DNA from: a virus
Virus record (IMG/VR): IMGVR_UViG_2565956771_000001
Location: 24-64,023 of that record
Length of the DNA stretch: 64,000 bases
Strand: one strand, 5' to 3'
Positions 1 to 7,640 of this stretch are shown piece by piece. Made by a program: the position numbers and the translations under genes. Positions within the stretch are counted from its first letter, which is position 1; each line of letters begins with the position of its first letter. Below the pieces are notes generated by a model that did no database searches, was not told the DNA's origin, and saw only the letters and a program-made list of their open reading frames with translations.

Positions 1-593
1 ACGGGGCGGACACGGAGCTCGTCGTACTTGCCGTAGTCGTACTGAATGCCATCATCGAAGAGCATGACGAATGCGTAGTAGGCTGAGCGCTGCGAACTCG
101 ACCAGTAGTAACAGTCTTTGGCGAACACCTCAGGGCAGTTCAGCCAGCCCTGATACAGCTCGGCCGCGGCTGGCAGGTAGAAGTCATGGTGACCATCAGC
201 CTTGTACTCGGCGCAGGCATCGGCAGCCGGATACTTCCGTTCGTCATCGTTGCCGATCAACACCTGGGTATTGGTGTAGCCGTCAGTCTTGCTCAGGCCT
301 TTCACCTCAACTCCACGCCCGCCCCACTCATGGGCCCCAACGTCATTGGCGGCGATGATCAGGTAATGCGCAGGCACTTCACCGCGGGCTTGAACGTACC
401 CGCCGTTGAGACCGCCCTGGCCCGGCCATGGCTGGCCGATTTGCGGGGTGTCGGAGTGCGCAACCGGCTGAACGTTCGCCGCCGGCGGCAGCACTTGGGC
501 GAACACGCTGGCCATGGCCAGTTTTGCCAGGGAGGAAGCGGGCATCTTGATAGACGCGTCACCGTGCTTCAGGGTGATCATTTCGGTTTTCAT
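1..593 (-). CDS. DUF1566/Lcl-C (C-type lectin fold) protein, 3' end off the window; probable DGR target
   Basis: Translated by hand (absent from the ORF track because it has no stop in the window): RBS GAGG, ATG at 593, MKTEMITLKHG...PQIGQPWPGQGGLNGG...FYLPAAAELY...YYWSSSQRSAYYAFVMLFDDGIQYDYGKYDELRVRPV. Confidence 0.8.
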   Translation of the reverse strand, partial: MKTEMITLKHGDASIKMPASSLAKLAMASVFAQVLPPAANVQPVAHSDTPQIGQPWPGQGGLNGGYVQARGEVPAHYLIIAANDVGAHEWGGRGVEVKGLSKTDGYTNTQVLIGNDDERKYPAADACAEYKADGHHDFYLPAAAELYQGWLNCPEVFAKDCYYWSSSQRSAYYAFVMLFDDGIQYDYGKYDELRVRP

Positions 594-650
594 GCGGTTA
601 CCTCAGATAGGCGCCGCCCTCCGGATTCCGGATGCAGCGAGTAGGGTGGG

Positions 651-1016
651 TTACGCTGGTGTTTCGATTTCGTCGTCAGGCTCGGGTGGGTCGTCGGCGA
701 GCGACTTCAGGCCCGCCGCCTTGATGATCTGCGACACCTTTTCAGTTACTAAAAAAGGTGTCGTGACACACTTGAGCATCTGCGCCGCAGTTTCGAAGTC
801 GGCGGCGATTACGTTGCGCAGCAGGGTCTGGTGTACCTCCTGCTGATTGTTGAAGCCGTGCTGCTTCATCAGGCGTTTGAGGTCGGCCTTGAAGATGCCG
901 GCCACCTCAATCGTAAATTTCTCGACGCCCAATGCAGCATCCTTCGCTGCCGCTTTCTCGCGCTTGCGGCGTTGCTTCAAGGCTTCCGCCGTCGGCTGCT
1001 GCTCTTCCTCGGCCAT
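651..1016 (-). CDS. Phage hypothetical protein (early-left operon)
   Basis: 121-aa ORF, co-oriented with its neighbours, charged helical N-terminus. Confidence 0.7.
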   Translation of the reverse strand: MAEEEQQPTAEALKQRRKREKAAAKDAALGVEKFTIEVAGIFKADLKRLMKQHGFNNQQEVHQTLLRNVIAADFETAAQMLKCVTTPFLVTEKVSQIIKAAGLKSLADDPPEPDDEIETPA

Positions 1017-1097
1017 TGCTTGATTCCTCTATTCCACTTGCCGGCAACGCCAGCCAGGTCGGTCTGCGCCGCGCGGCGGCTATCTTGCAGATGCGTC

Positions 1098-1412
1098 TCA
1101 TGGGGTGTCGGCGAACTTGAAGCCGTTCTCTTGGGCGATCAGCGTCACGCGCTTGATGTGCATGCCCAGGTTCTTTGCTGCAACGCTGGCCACGACGCCC
1201 TTAGCTGCTTCGGCGCGTACGGCCGGTGCAAGCTTGTCGCGTTCTTTGCGCAGGCGTTCGTGGTGCGCCGTGGTGCCGTTGTAGGGACCGTCAACACCAA
1301 CGCCGTTCGGGATGATCTGGGCTTTCTTGCCTGAACCGAAGAAGGCGTCCAACTGCTGGTTCAGGTTGTCGATAATCGAGTGCCTTGGATCCGGCATTGG
1401 CTCGCCGATCAT
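1098..1412 (-). CDS. Phage hypothetical protein, possible C-terminal HTH
   Basis: 104-aa ORF overlapping the upstream gene by 4 nt; C-terminus VAAKNLGMHIKRVTLIAQENGF looks HTH-like. Confidence 0.7.
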   Translation of the reverse strand: MIGEPMPDPRHSIIDNLNQQLDAFFGSGKKAQIIPNGVGVDGPYNGTTAHHERLRKERDKLAPAVRAEAAKGVVASVAAKNLGMHIKRVTLIAQENGFKFADTP

Positions 1413-1690
1413 TTCGCACCGCCTGACAGCGTCACCTTCACGCCGTCTGCACGCGCTTCAAGAGCCTGGGCAAAGTTGCTTGCCTCCTTCCACGTCCAGC
1501 GGAAGCCCTTCACCTTGTCGGTGGCGAGCTCCACGATGTGGTAAGCGTTGCCGACATTGCGGATTTGGAATCGAACTTTCTGCGCCGGCGGCTCTTTGCC
1601 GATAATGGCGTAGAGCTCGGCGGTGGCCAGGCGAGAGCGCATGTGCAGGGCCGCAACCCCGTCTACGCGCTGTTGAATTGATGCGTGCAT
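1409..1690 (-). CDS. Phage hypothetical protein
   Basis: 93 aa, RBS GAGGT upstream, coupled to the next ORF. Confidence 0.7.
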   Translation of the reverse strand: MHASIQQRVDGVAALHMRSRLATAELYAIIGKEPPAQKVRFQIRNVGNAYHIVELATDKVKGFRWTWKEASNFAQALEARADGVKVTLSGGAK

Positions 1691-1791
1691 GGTGGATACC
1701 TCAGTGGGTTGCGTTTATTCGTCAGCACCCTGACCGCCTGGTATGTGCCGGTGGGCCCAGGGGAGGGTGCTGACGGGTAAAGGCGAGGCGT

Positions 1792-1819
1792 AAAAAAGCC
1801 CAGTCGAAACCGGGCTTTC
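1792..1819 (-). terminator. Intrinsic terminator in the early-left operon
   Basis: Minus strand reads AAAGCCCGGTTTCGACTGGGCTTTTTTA (hairpin plus U-tract). Confidence 0.7.
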
Positions 1820-2161
1820 AGTGCGATTCGTAGACCTCCCTACGTCACGCGGTAGACGCTGTGGCGTCTAGGGTTCGTTGTGGTTCACATGGCTGCCAAT
1901 CCTCCCTCTGTTCGCTCACTGGGTTGGCAGTGGCTACCGTTCTCTAGGCTTGTTGGATGCAGGTGGCCGGCGCGTGCCGGATGTTCGTCCGCATCGGGGT
2001 GTGATCTGTCGTCCGGTCTGGGCTGCCCGGATTACTGGCTTTCGCCTCCCATATTCCTCCGCTCCGGCTTCCCATTGCTGGGCCCACCCATTGCGGGGCA
2101 AACACATCACACTCCGATGCGGCCTGGTGCTGAGGAGTACCAGGTGCTCGGGCAGTTTGCG

Positions 2162-2467
2162 TCAGGCTGACGTCGCGCTGGTTGTTCCTGCTGCGAGCTT
2201 CAGTGCCTTCTTCAGCGCACGCTCGAAGCTCTCGAAGTAATAGGTCTTATCCGGCTTGAAAACGCTGCCGATGATGATCATGGTGGCCGCCGGGTCGTCT
2301 GGCCCCCGGCCCCCTACGAAAGCACGCGGGCGGGTATCGACCAGCAAGATCCCACCCTTGGGCATTTTCTCGGCGAAGCCCAGTACGGATACGCCTGCTG
2401 CTTTACAAACCTCCTGCCGCTCAGGCTTTAGAGCAAGGAGGCCATCCTTTCGTGTGAAGAGGTTCAT
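2162..2467 (-). CDS. Phage hypothetical protein
   Basis: ATG at 2467 (MNLFTRK) with GAGGA RBS; the ORF track start at 2497 is probably too far upstream. Confidence 0.65.
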   Translation of the reverse strand: MNLFTRKDGLLALKPERQEVCKAAGVSVLGFAEKMPKGGILLVDTRPRAFVGGRGPDDPAATMIIIGSVFKPDKTYYFESFERALKKALKLAAGTTSATSA

Positions 2468-2524
2468 GGTTTGTCCTCGGTTGTCATCCCGCTGCACCCT
2501 GTCGCCAAGGTGCAGCAGTGATGC

Positions 2525-2686
2525 TTATTCAGCCTTGAGCGCTTCGATTGCCTTGCGGTAGTCGGCAGCGTTGGATCGGTTGGTAGCGGCACTTTCGTGT
2601 TCGCCTTCGCGCTCCTGGATGGCTGCGTTGTTTTCGCAGTTGGATGCGTGGATTTCGAGCTGGGAGATTGCTGTTGCGTGCTTCAT
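2525..2686 (-). CDS. Small phage protein (53 aa)
   Basis: Hand translation MKHATAISQLEIHASNCENNAAIQEREGEHESAATNRSNAADYRKAIEALKAE; GAGG RBS; below the ORF-track length cutoff. Confidence 0.6.
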   Translation of the reverse strand: MKHATAISQLEIHASNCENNAAIQEREGEHESAATNRSNAADYRKAIEALKAE

Positions 2687-2709
2687 GGTGGGTGCCTCTG
2701 GTGGATGAA

Positions 2710-3093
2710 TTATGCGAGCAACACGGGTTGTTCGGCCCGGCGCACCATCCGCACCTGGGCCGTACGGCGTTCCGGTACTCGGCGATCACGACGCATTGAG
2801 TCGTCACCGATCATTGCGTGCATGGCGATCAGGCTGGCCAGGACGAAGCACATCGGCGAGATGATCTGCCGGCGCATGGCTTCGGCGACCGCCGCTGTCT
2901 GGCGGGTCACGCCAAGCTTGAACATGGCGCAGGAAAGACGCTTGGCCACGGTGCAGGCCGCCACGTCGAACTGGCGGGCAATCTCTTTCGCTGTCTTGCC
3001 CTGGGCGGTGCCCAGCAGGTACTGAACTTCCTTTGGCGCAAGGCCGCGTCCGAGATGACCCTTCCATGCGCCGCTGACGATTGTTGCTTCCAT
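2710..3093 (-). CDS. LuxR-type HTH transcriptional regulator (first gene after PL)
   Basis: LAPKEVQYLLGTAQGKTAKEIARQFDVAACTVAKRLSCAMFKLGV is a LuxR C-terminal HTH; start at ATG 3093 with GGGAG RBS. Confidence 0.85.
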   Translation of the reverse strand: MEATIVSGAWKGHLGRGLAPKEVQYLLGTAQGKTAKEIARQFDVAACTVAKRLSCAMFKLGVTRQTAAVAEAMRRQIISPMCFVLASLIAMHAMIGDDSMRRDRRVPERRTAQVRMVRRAEQPVLLA

Positions 3094-3283
3094 CAATGTG
3101 ACTCCCGGTTGGTTTCCCGTCTGGCCCTGTTGCCAAGGCCAGCCAGTGAAATCTTCCGTTCTGTTTAAAGAGCTTGATCCAGTCGGTCCCGCTTTCCGGG
3201 GCTGGGAGATCACTTCGCTGATCCCGTGCTATCTGGCGGCTTCACCAGTCGTGTATTGCCGAGTGCTGCTCGGCGATGGAGTG

Positions 3284-3312
3284 AATTTAGAAAACTAAAC
3301 AGAATTCGTCAA
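3284..3312 (-). promoter_or_regulatory. PL early-left promoter
   Basis: Minus strand TTGACG-17 bp-TAAATT, overlapped by an operator palindrome. Confidence 0.75.
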
Positions 3313-3334
3313 CAGTTATTTTAGATATCTTAAC
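3285..3334. promoter_or_regulatory. OL operators (2 sites, consensus GTTTAG-N4-CTAAAC)
   Basis: ATTTAG-AAAA-CTAAAC (3285-3300) and TTTTAG-ATAT-CTTAAC (3319-3334); the same palindrome occurs three times between cI and cro. Confidence 0.75.
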
Positions 3335-3417
3335 TATTGTGACGGCGAGGTACGCTCGAACGCTGACTGCGTCAAGACTTACGCGATTAGAAAAGTTCGG
3401 ATAGTCTGCGTATAAAC

Positions 3418-3433
3418 CTGTATGGATATACAG
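3418..3433. promoter_or_regulatory. LexA (SOS) box upstream of the DUF1654 gene
   Basis: CTGTATGGATATACAG is a perfect CTGT-N8-ACAG, ending 17 bp before ATG 3451. Confidence 0.8.
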
Positions 3434-3450
3434 CAACCAAGGAGCAGCCG

Positions 3451-3768
3451 ATGGCGAGCCCGCAGAAGAAAACCCAACAGCAAACGCCCGTATCGGGAGT
3501 TGAGCGCCTTACGCTCAGAGTTTCCAGCATGATCAACCATCCCATCGCTCAGGACCGGAAGTGGGCAACCATCCACAGGATTGATAGCGATGGGGATCGT
3601 GAGTGGGAGGAGGTTATGGGCGTGCTCGCCGACGTTGACGGTATTGAGATGACTTTCAACGACGAAGATGAGTCGGTTACTTTGAGCTGGGAAGCCGCGG
3701 CCGAGGAAGATCCTCGAGTTCAAGATCATGGTGAGTTAGATGCGATTGAAGAGGTCGCGCCATTCTGA
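3451..3768 (+). CDS. DUF1654-family protein
   Basis: ERLTLRVSSMINHPIAQDRKWATIHRIDSDGDREWEEV resembles Pseudomonas DUF1654 proteins; acidic C-terminus. Confidence 0.65.
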   Translation: MASPQKKTQQQTPVSGVERLTLRVSSMINHPIAQDRKWATIHRIDSDGDREWEEVMGVLADVDGIEMTFNDEDESVTLSWEAAAEEDPRVQDHGELDAIEEVAPF

Positions 3769-3774
3769 AGGACA

Positions 3775-3806
3775 TAAAAAAGCCCGCTGGTGGCGGGCTT
3801 TTTGTT
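3775..3806. terminator. Bidirectional terminator between the convergent DUF1654 and cI genes
   Basis: AAAAAAGCCCGC-TGGTG-GCGGGCTTTTT. Confidence 0.85.
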
Positions 3807-4632
3807 AAGCCTTACGGGCATTCCAGATCAACAGCACCTTGGCGTGGATCGTCACGTCGTCAATTCGAGCCGTTTGGTTTTCATAGTGTTTGTTGTCCGA
3901 TATCAGCCTGTAGCACTCTTCATCCAGGCGCATTACGCGCTTGATGTACAGTTCTCCATGCCAAGTGAGAACGTATATCCCCTCACCGATGAAATCCTTT
4001 ACACCCTTGTCGACTATCACCAGGTCTTTGTCGTTGATCGTCCCGGCCATGCTCTCGCCCCAGCCGTTGATCATGCCAAGCGATGACGCGGAGGTATAAG
4101 TGACCCCTTTCTCTCGGAGAATTTCCTCACGCACCACGAGATTTCGAACGACCTCGGTATAGTCTGGTGGCACCTGTCCGTGCCCCATGGCGGCTCGGAT
4201 ATCGTATTGAGGAATGACAATTTCCTCATTCGTTGGTCGAAGGCCAGCTAGATGACTAGGGACGTAACTCCCGCCTTGCTCGACTGGGCTATCTGCTTGC
4301 TCCGCTGCAGCGAGCATCGTCTCCCGAGCTTTTTCTGAAAGATTCTTTCCAGCCCTGGACGCAAGCATTTTAGCCATCAACTCAACCGTGGACATGCCGG
4401 CCTTGGTGTCATCGGCAAATGACTGATCCGGTGTACCGACACCGTCGGACAACCAGTCCGGCGAGCAATCCAAAGCCTTCGCCAGCGCCAAAAGGTTTTT
4501 GCCCTTCGCGCCATTCGTTCCGCTCACCCAGAAACTGACCGTCGCCTTCGATACGCCAGTCAGTTTGCTGATGTCGGTGGCGCTGAGATTGAGCGCCTTC
4601 ATGCGTGAGGTCACGCGGTCTTTAAAGTCCAT
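3805..4632 (-). CDS. cI: CI-like repressor (HTH plus S24 peptidase)
   Basis: N-terminal XRE HTH (LSATDISKLTGVSKATVSFWVSG); S24 motifs GWGESM and YIKRV; divergent from cro; start probably ATG 4632. Confidence 0.93.
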   Translation of the reverse strand: MDFKDRVTSRMKALNLSATDISKLTGVSKATVSFWVSGTNGAKGKNLLALAKALDCSPDWLSDGVGTPDQSFADDTKAGMSTVELMAKMLASRAGKNLSEKARETMLAAAEQADSPVEQGGSYVPSHLAGLRPTNEEIVIPQYDIRAAMGHGQVPPDYTEVVRNLVVREEILREKGVTYTSASSLGMINGWGESMAGTINDKDLVIVDKGVKDFIGEGIYVLTWHGELYIKRVMRLDEECYRLISDNKHYENQTARIDDVTIHAKVLLIWNARKA

Positions 4633-4696
4633 ATTTAGGATTCTAAACATTTCATTGTTTAGATAACTTGCCTTGTGTTGTTAAGAACTCTAAACT
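4633..4696. promoter_or_regulatory. OR operators (3 sites) with PR and PRM
   Basis: Sites at 4633-4648, 4657-4672 and 4680-4695 match GTTTAG-N4-CTAAAC; PR = TTGCCT(4668)-17 bp-TAAACT(4691); minus-strand TAGAAT lies 7 nt before the cI ATG. Confidence 0.78.
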
Positions 4697-4722
4697 CGGC
4701 AGAGACAACGGAGACGCACCCC

Positions 4723-4929
4723 ATGACCTTTGACGAAGCCCTGAAATATTTCCGCACCGGTCGCGCCATCGGTGACGCGCTCCGCGTTAGCGGTAGCCGT
4801 GTCTCCCAGTGCCGTGCGGCAGGTGGATTTTCGTACCCAATGCAGTGCGTTCTTGAAAAGGAGTCCGACGGTGCATTGGTTGCCAAGCGAGACGATGACC
4901 CAGCGCAGCCAATGAAACAGTCCGCTTAA
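4723..4929 (+). CDS. cro: Cro-like regulator
   Basis: MTFDEALKYFRTGRAIGDALRVSGSRVSQCR is a Cro/CII-type HTH; first gene after PR. Confidence 0.85.
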   Translation: MTFDEALKYFRTGRAIGDALRVSGSRVSQCRAAGGFSYPMQCVLEKESDGALVAKRDDDPAQPMKQSA

Positions 4930-5079
4930 CCTTGATGACGCCATTTTCCGCTGAAGCGGGCAGGGCAGGTAGAGACTCTGGATCAGCTGTTAATTCATCC
5001 AGTATCTAAATCACAGACATAAAAAAACCGCCTGGCAGGGCGGTCCTTTCAACAACTTGTAAAACACAGTGGGGCCATT

Positions 5080-5823
5080 ATGAACACCAATACCGCTCCA
5101 GGCAATACCCCCCATGTCGCGACACTTTTTCGTCATGAACAAAACGTGTCGCGACACACTATGTCTTCACGCGAAATCGCCGAGCTGACCGGCAGCACGC
5201 ACGACAACGTGCTGAAAACCGTCCGGGCCTTGGTTGCAAAGGGTGTCGTTTCTTCAAACGACACCCCCTATATCCACCCGCAGAACGGTCAGGTCTATCG
5301 GGAGTTCCTGCTTTCCCAGCGCGACACTCTGGTGGTGGTCTCCGGCTACAACGTCGAACTGCGCGCGCGGATCATTGATCGCTGGCAGGATCTGGAGGCG
5401 AGGGCGGATCAGTTCCAAATTCCGGCGACCTACGCAGAGGCACTTCAGGCGGCCGCCGACCAAGCCAAGGAAAACCAGTCTCTTCGACTGGTTATTCTGG
5501 ATCAGGCGCCGAAGGTCGCTGCCATCAAGCGCCTGGCATCGGCCTGCGGCGCGATCTGCATTAGCGATGCCGCCAAACAACTTCAGGTTCCGCCGTCCCG
5601 GCTGTTCCTGTGGCTGGAGAAGAACCGGTGGATCTTCCACCGTGGTGGTTCCAAACGTTGGACCGCCTACCAGCCGCGCATCACCTCCGGCTATCTGGTC
5701 CACAAGGTCACGGCGCTGAAGAGCGACCCCGAGACCGGCGAGGATCGTGCAGCCTTCCAACCCCTTGTGACACCCAAAGGCCTGGCCTATTTGGCTGAAA
5801 AGAATATCGGAGCTTCGCTGTGA
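5080..5823 (+). CDS. Phage antirepressor (Rha-type N-terminus plus KilA-C/ANT C-terminus)
   Basis: TMSSREIAELTGSTHDNVLKTVRAL (Rha-like) and QAPKVAAIKRLASACGAICISDAAKQL...VTPKGLAYL (ANT-like). Confidence 0.88.
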   Translation: MNTNTAPGNTPHVATLFRHEQNVSRHTMSSREIAELTGSTHDNVLKTVRALVAKGVVSSNDTPYIHPQNGQVYREFLLSQRDTLVVVSGYNVELRARIIDRWQDLEARADQFQIPATYAEALQAAADQAKENQSLRLVILDQAPKVAAIKRLASACGAICISDAAKQLQVPPSRLFLWLEKNRWIFHRGGSKRWTAYQPRITSGYLVHKVTALKSDPETGEDRAAFQPLVTPKGLAYLAEKNIGASL

Positions 5824-6611
5824 GCGTTCAAGCAATGTCATGGGCGCTCTCTTTGCCCGTTCAAACCCTCAAAGACTCCAGCGCTCGGCATGTGCTGCTG
5901 TGCCTGGCCAACTATGCCGGCTCCAACGGTGCCGGCGCCTTTCCATCTGCTTCCACCCTGGCCCAAGACACAGGACTATCCGAGCGTACCGTACGTTACA
6001 AGCTGGACGATCTGGAGAAGTCCGGGCTGATCCAGAAGGGCAATCAGGCTATCGCGGCTGTGCATATCGATCGTCATGACCGCCGCCCAGTCGTTTACGA
6101 CCTTCAGATATCGCGGGGTGCAAATCCTGCACCCCGTACAAAACGGGGTGCAGATGACGCAACGGGGTGCAACCCACAACAGAACGGGGTGCAGCCTGGA
6201 ACAGAGCGGGGTGCAGCAGCTGCACCCAATCCACCACTTAACCATCAAGGAACCGAAGAGCAGCTGCAGCAGCGCGAGATTGATGCCGCTCTCGCCGAAC
6301 AGAACAGCGCTGCCATCGAACCGCAGGATGATCGCCAGCGCTTCGCCATGTTCGCCACCTGGGTTCCGAGCGAGAAGGGGCTGTCGGATCAAATCACTAT
6401 CGCCGGGCTTCCTGCCGATGCGGTCCCTGAAGCGGCGATCCGGGCGTTCATGGGGTTCTTCGTCGCCAAGCCAGCAACCATTGATACATCGGCCGGCTGG
6501 TGCTACCGCCTGGTTCAGTGGGTCAAGCGCGAACGCGTCAAAGCTTCGGGGCAGGGCAAGGCGCCTGAATTCGATGACACCAGCTGGGCGAATGATCTGG
6601 GGGACCTGTGA
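5820..6611 (+). CDS. Replication initiator (O-like; HTH_36 plus DnaT-like domain)
   Basis: MSVQAMSWAL...VLLCLANYA...PSASTLAQDTGLSERTVRYKLDDLEKSGLI; contains internal iterons. Confidence 0.88.
   Translation: MSVQAMSWALSLPVQTLKDSSARHVLLCLANYAGSNGAGAFPSASTLAQDTGLSERTVRYKLDDLEKSGLIQKGNQAIAAVHIDRHDRRPVVYDLQISRGANPAPRTKRGADDATGCNPQQNGVQPGTERGAAAAPNPPLNHQGTEEQLQQREIDAALAEQNSAAIEPQDDRQRFAMFATWVPSEKGLSDQITIAGLPADAVPEAAIRAFMGFFVAKPATIDTSAGWCYRLVQWVKRERVKASGQGKAPEFDDTSWANDLGDL
6114..6227. repeat. Replication-origin iterons inside the O-like gene
   Basis: CGGGGTGCA at 6114, 6144, 6163, 6185 and 6207, with inverted copies at 6128 and 6221. Confidence 0.85.
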
Positions 6612-7372
6612 TGGAAGTCAAGAAGCCACGCAGCACCGAACAATTGCTCAGCACGATGGGCAATCTTCCTCCGGTAACGTTGGTTCAGCCGAAGCAGTTG
6701 CCGCCGGGTACCGCCGATGTCGTGAACGCGCTGTTCAAAGAGTTGCAGGCGATTTTCCCTGCATGGAAACAGGCTTGGCCTGACGCCGAATCGCTGAATG
6801 CCGCCAAGCGCAGCTGGATCAAGGCGTTCATCGTTGCGGGGATCACAACGCTTGAGCAGATCCGGTACGGCCTGCAGAACTGCCGGCAGATCGGAGGTGA
6901 CTTCGCGCCAAGCGTCGGCAAGTTCATCAAATGGTGCCAGCCGACACTCGAGATGCTGGGCATCCCTTCCCACGACAAGGCGTTCCGCGAGGCGCTCGAA
7001 AACTCCCACCCAAGCCGTTTTGGTGCGCGCACCTGGTCTCACCCGGCGGTCCGTCACGCTGCTTTGCAGTGCGAACTGCATAACCTCGGCGAATTGATCC
7101 CCGAGAAGGCCAGCAAGGTGTTTGACCGGGCTTACGACATAACAATTCGCCGCTTGGTGCAGGGGCTTCCGCTTGAAGAAATCGCCGTGGGCATTGGTTA
7201 CGACGGCAACAAGTCGGCCGCCGAGCTGGCTTCGGAGCTCACCGAGCGAGTTGCCTGTGCGCAGGTCGCCCGGATGGGTATCAAGACGGATGGCAAGGCC
7301 GCCCGCCAAGAGTTGCTGGCCAGATTCGGTATCGGGAGGCGCAATGAGCAAGCTTACGAAGGCCGCGCGTGA
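6608..7372 (+). CDS. Replication protein P-like (helicase loader)
   Basis: VVNALFKELQAIFPAWKQAW...QIRYGLQNCRQIGGDFAPSVGKFIKWC; follows O with a 4-nt overlap. Confidence 0.85.
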   Translation: MMEVKKPRSTEQLLSTMGNLPPVTLVQPKQLPPGTADVVNALFKELQAIFPAWKQAWPDAESLNAAKRSWIKAFIVAGITTLEQIRYGLQNCRQIGGDFAPSVGKFIKWCQPTLEMLGIPSHDKAFREALENSHPSRFGARTWSHPAVRHAALQCELHNLGELIPEKASKVFDRAYDITIRRLVQGLPLEEIAVGIGYDGNKSAAELASELTERVACAQVARMGIKTDGKAARQELLARFGIGRRNEQAYEGRA

Positions 7373-7640
7373 TCGTGATTGCCAGGTTCGGTTCCCTGGC
7401 TGTTCTTGCGAGCCGTCCACCACCGTCCTGGCGCACTACCGCCTGGCCGGGACCTGCGGCATGGGCATGAAACCCAACGACTTCCAAGCGGCCTGGGCCT
7501 GTGGCTACTGCCACGACATTGCCGACGGACGCCTGCGTGCGCCCGGGGAGTTGACCAAATACGAGGTCCGCCTGTTCCTCGCCGAAGGCGTCATGCGCAC
7601 CCAAGACATCCTGATCAGTGAAGGGAAGGTAAAACTTTGA
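7344..7640 (+). CDS. DUF1364-family (YbcO-like) phage protein
   Basis: MSKLTKAARDRDCQVRFPGC...TTVLAHYR...AAWACGYCHDIADGR. Confidence 0.82.
   Translation: MSKLTKAARDRDCQVRFPGCSCEPSTTVLAHYRLAGTCGMGMKPNDFQAAWACGYCHDIADGRLRAPGELTKYEVRLFLAEGVMRTQDILISEGKVKL

Noticed and set aside
6114-6227. CRISPR array or VNTR
   Set aside because: Repeats are 9 bp, in mixed orientation and inside the initiator gene; no cas genes or 30-bp repeat-spacer pattern seen anywhere in the window.
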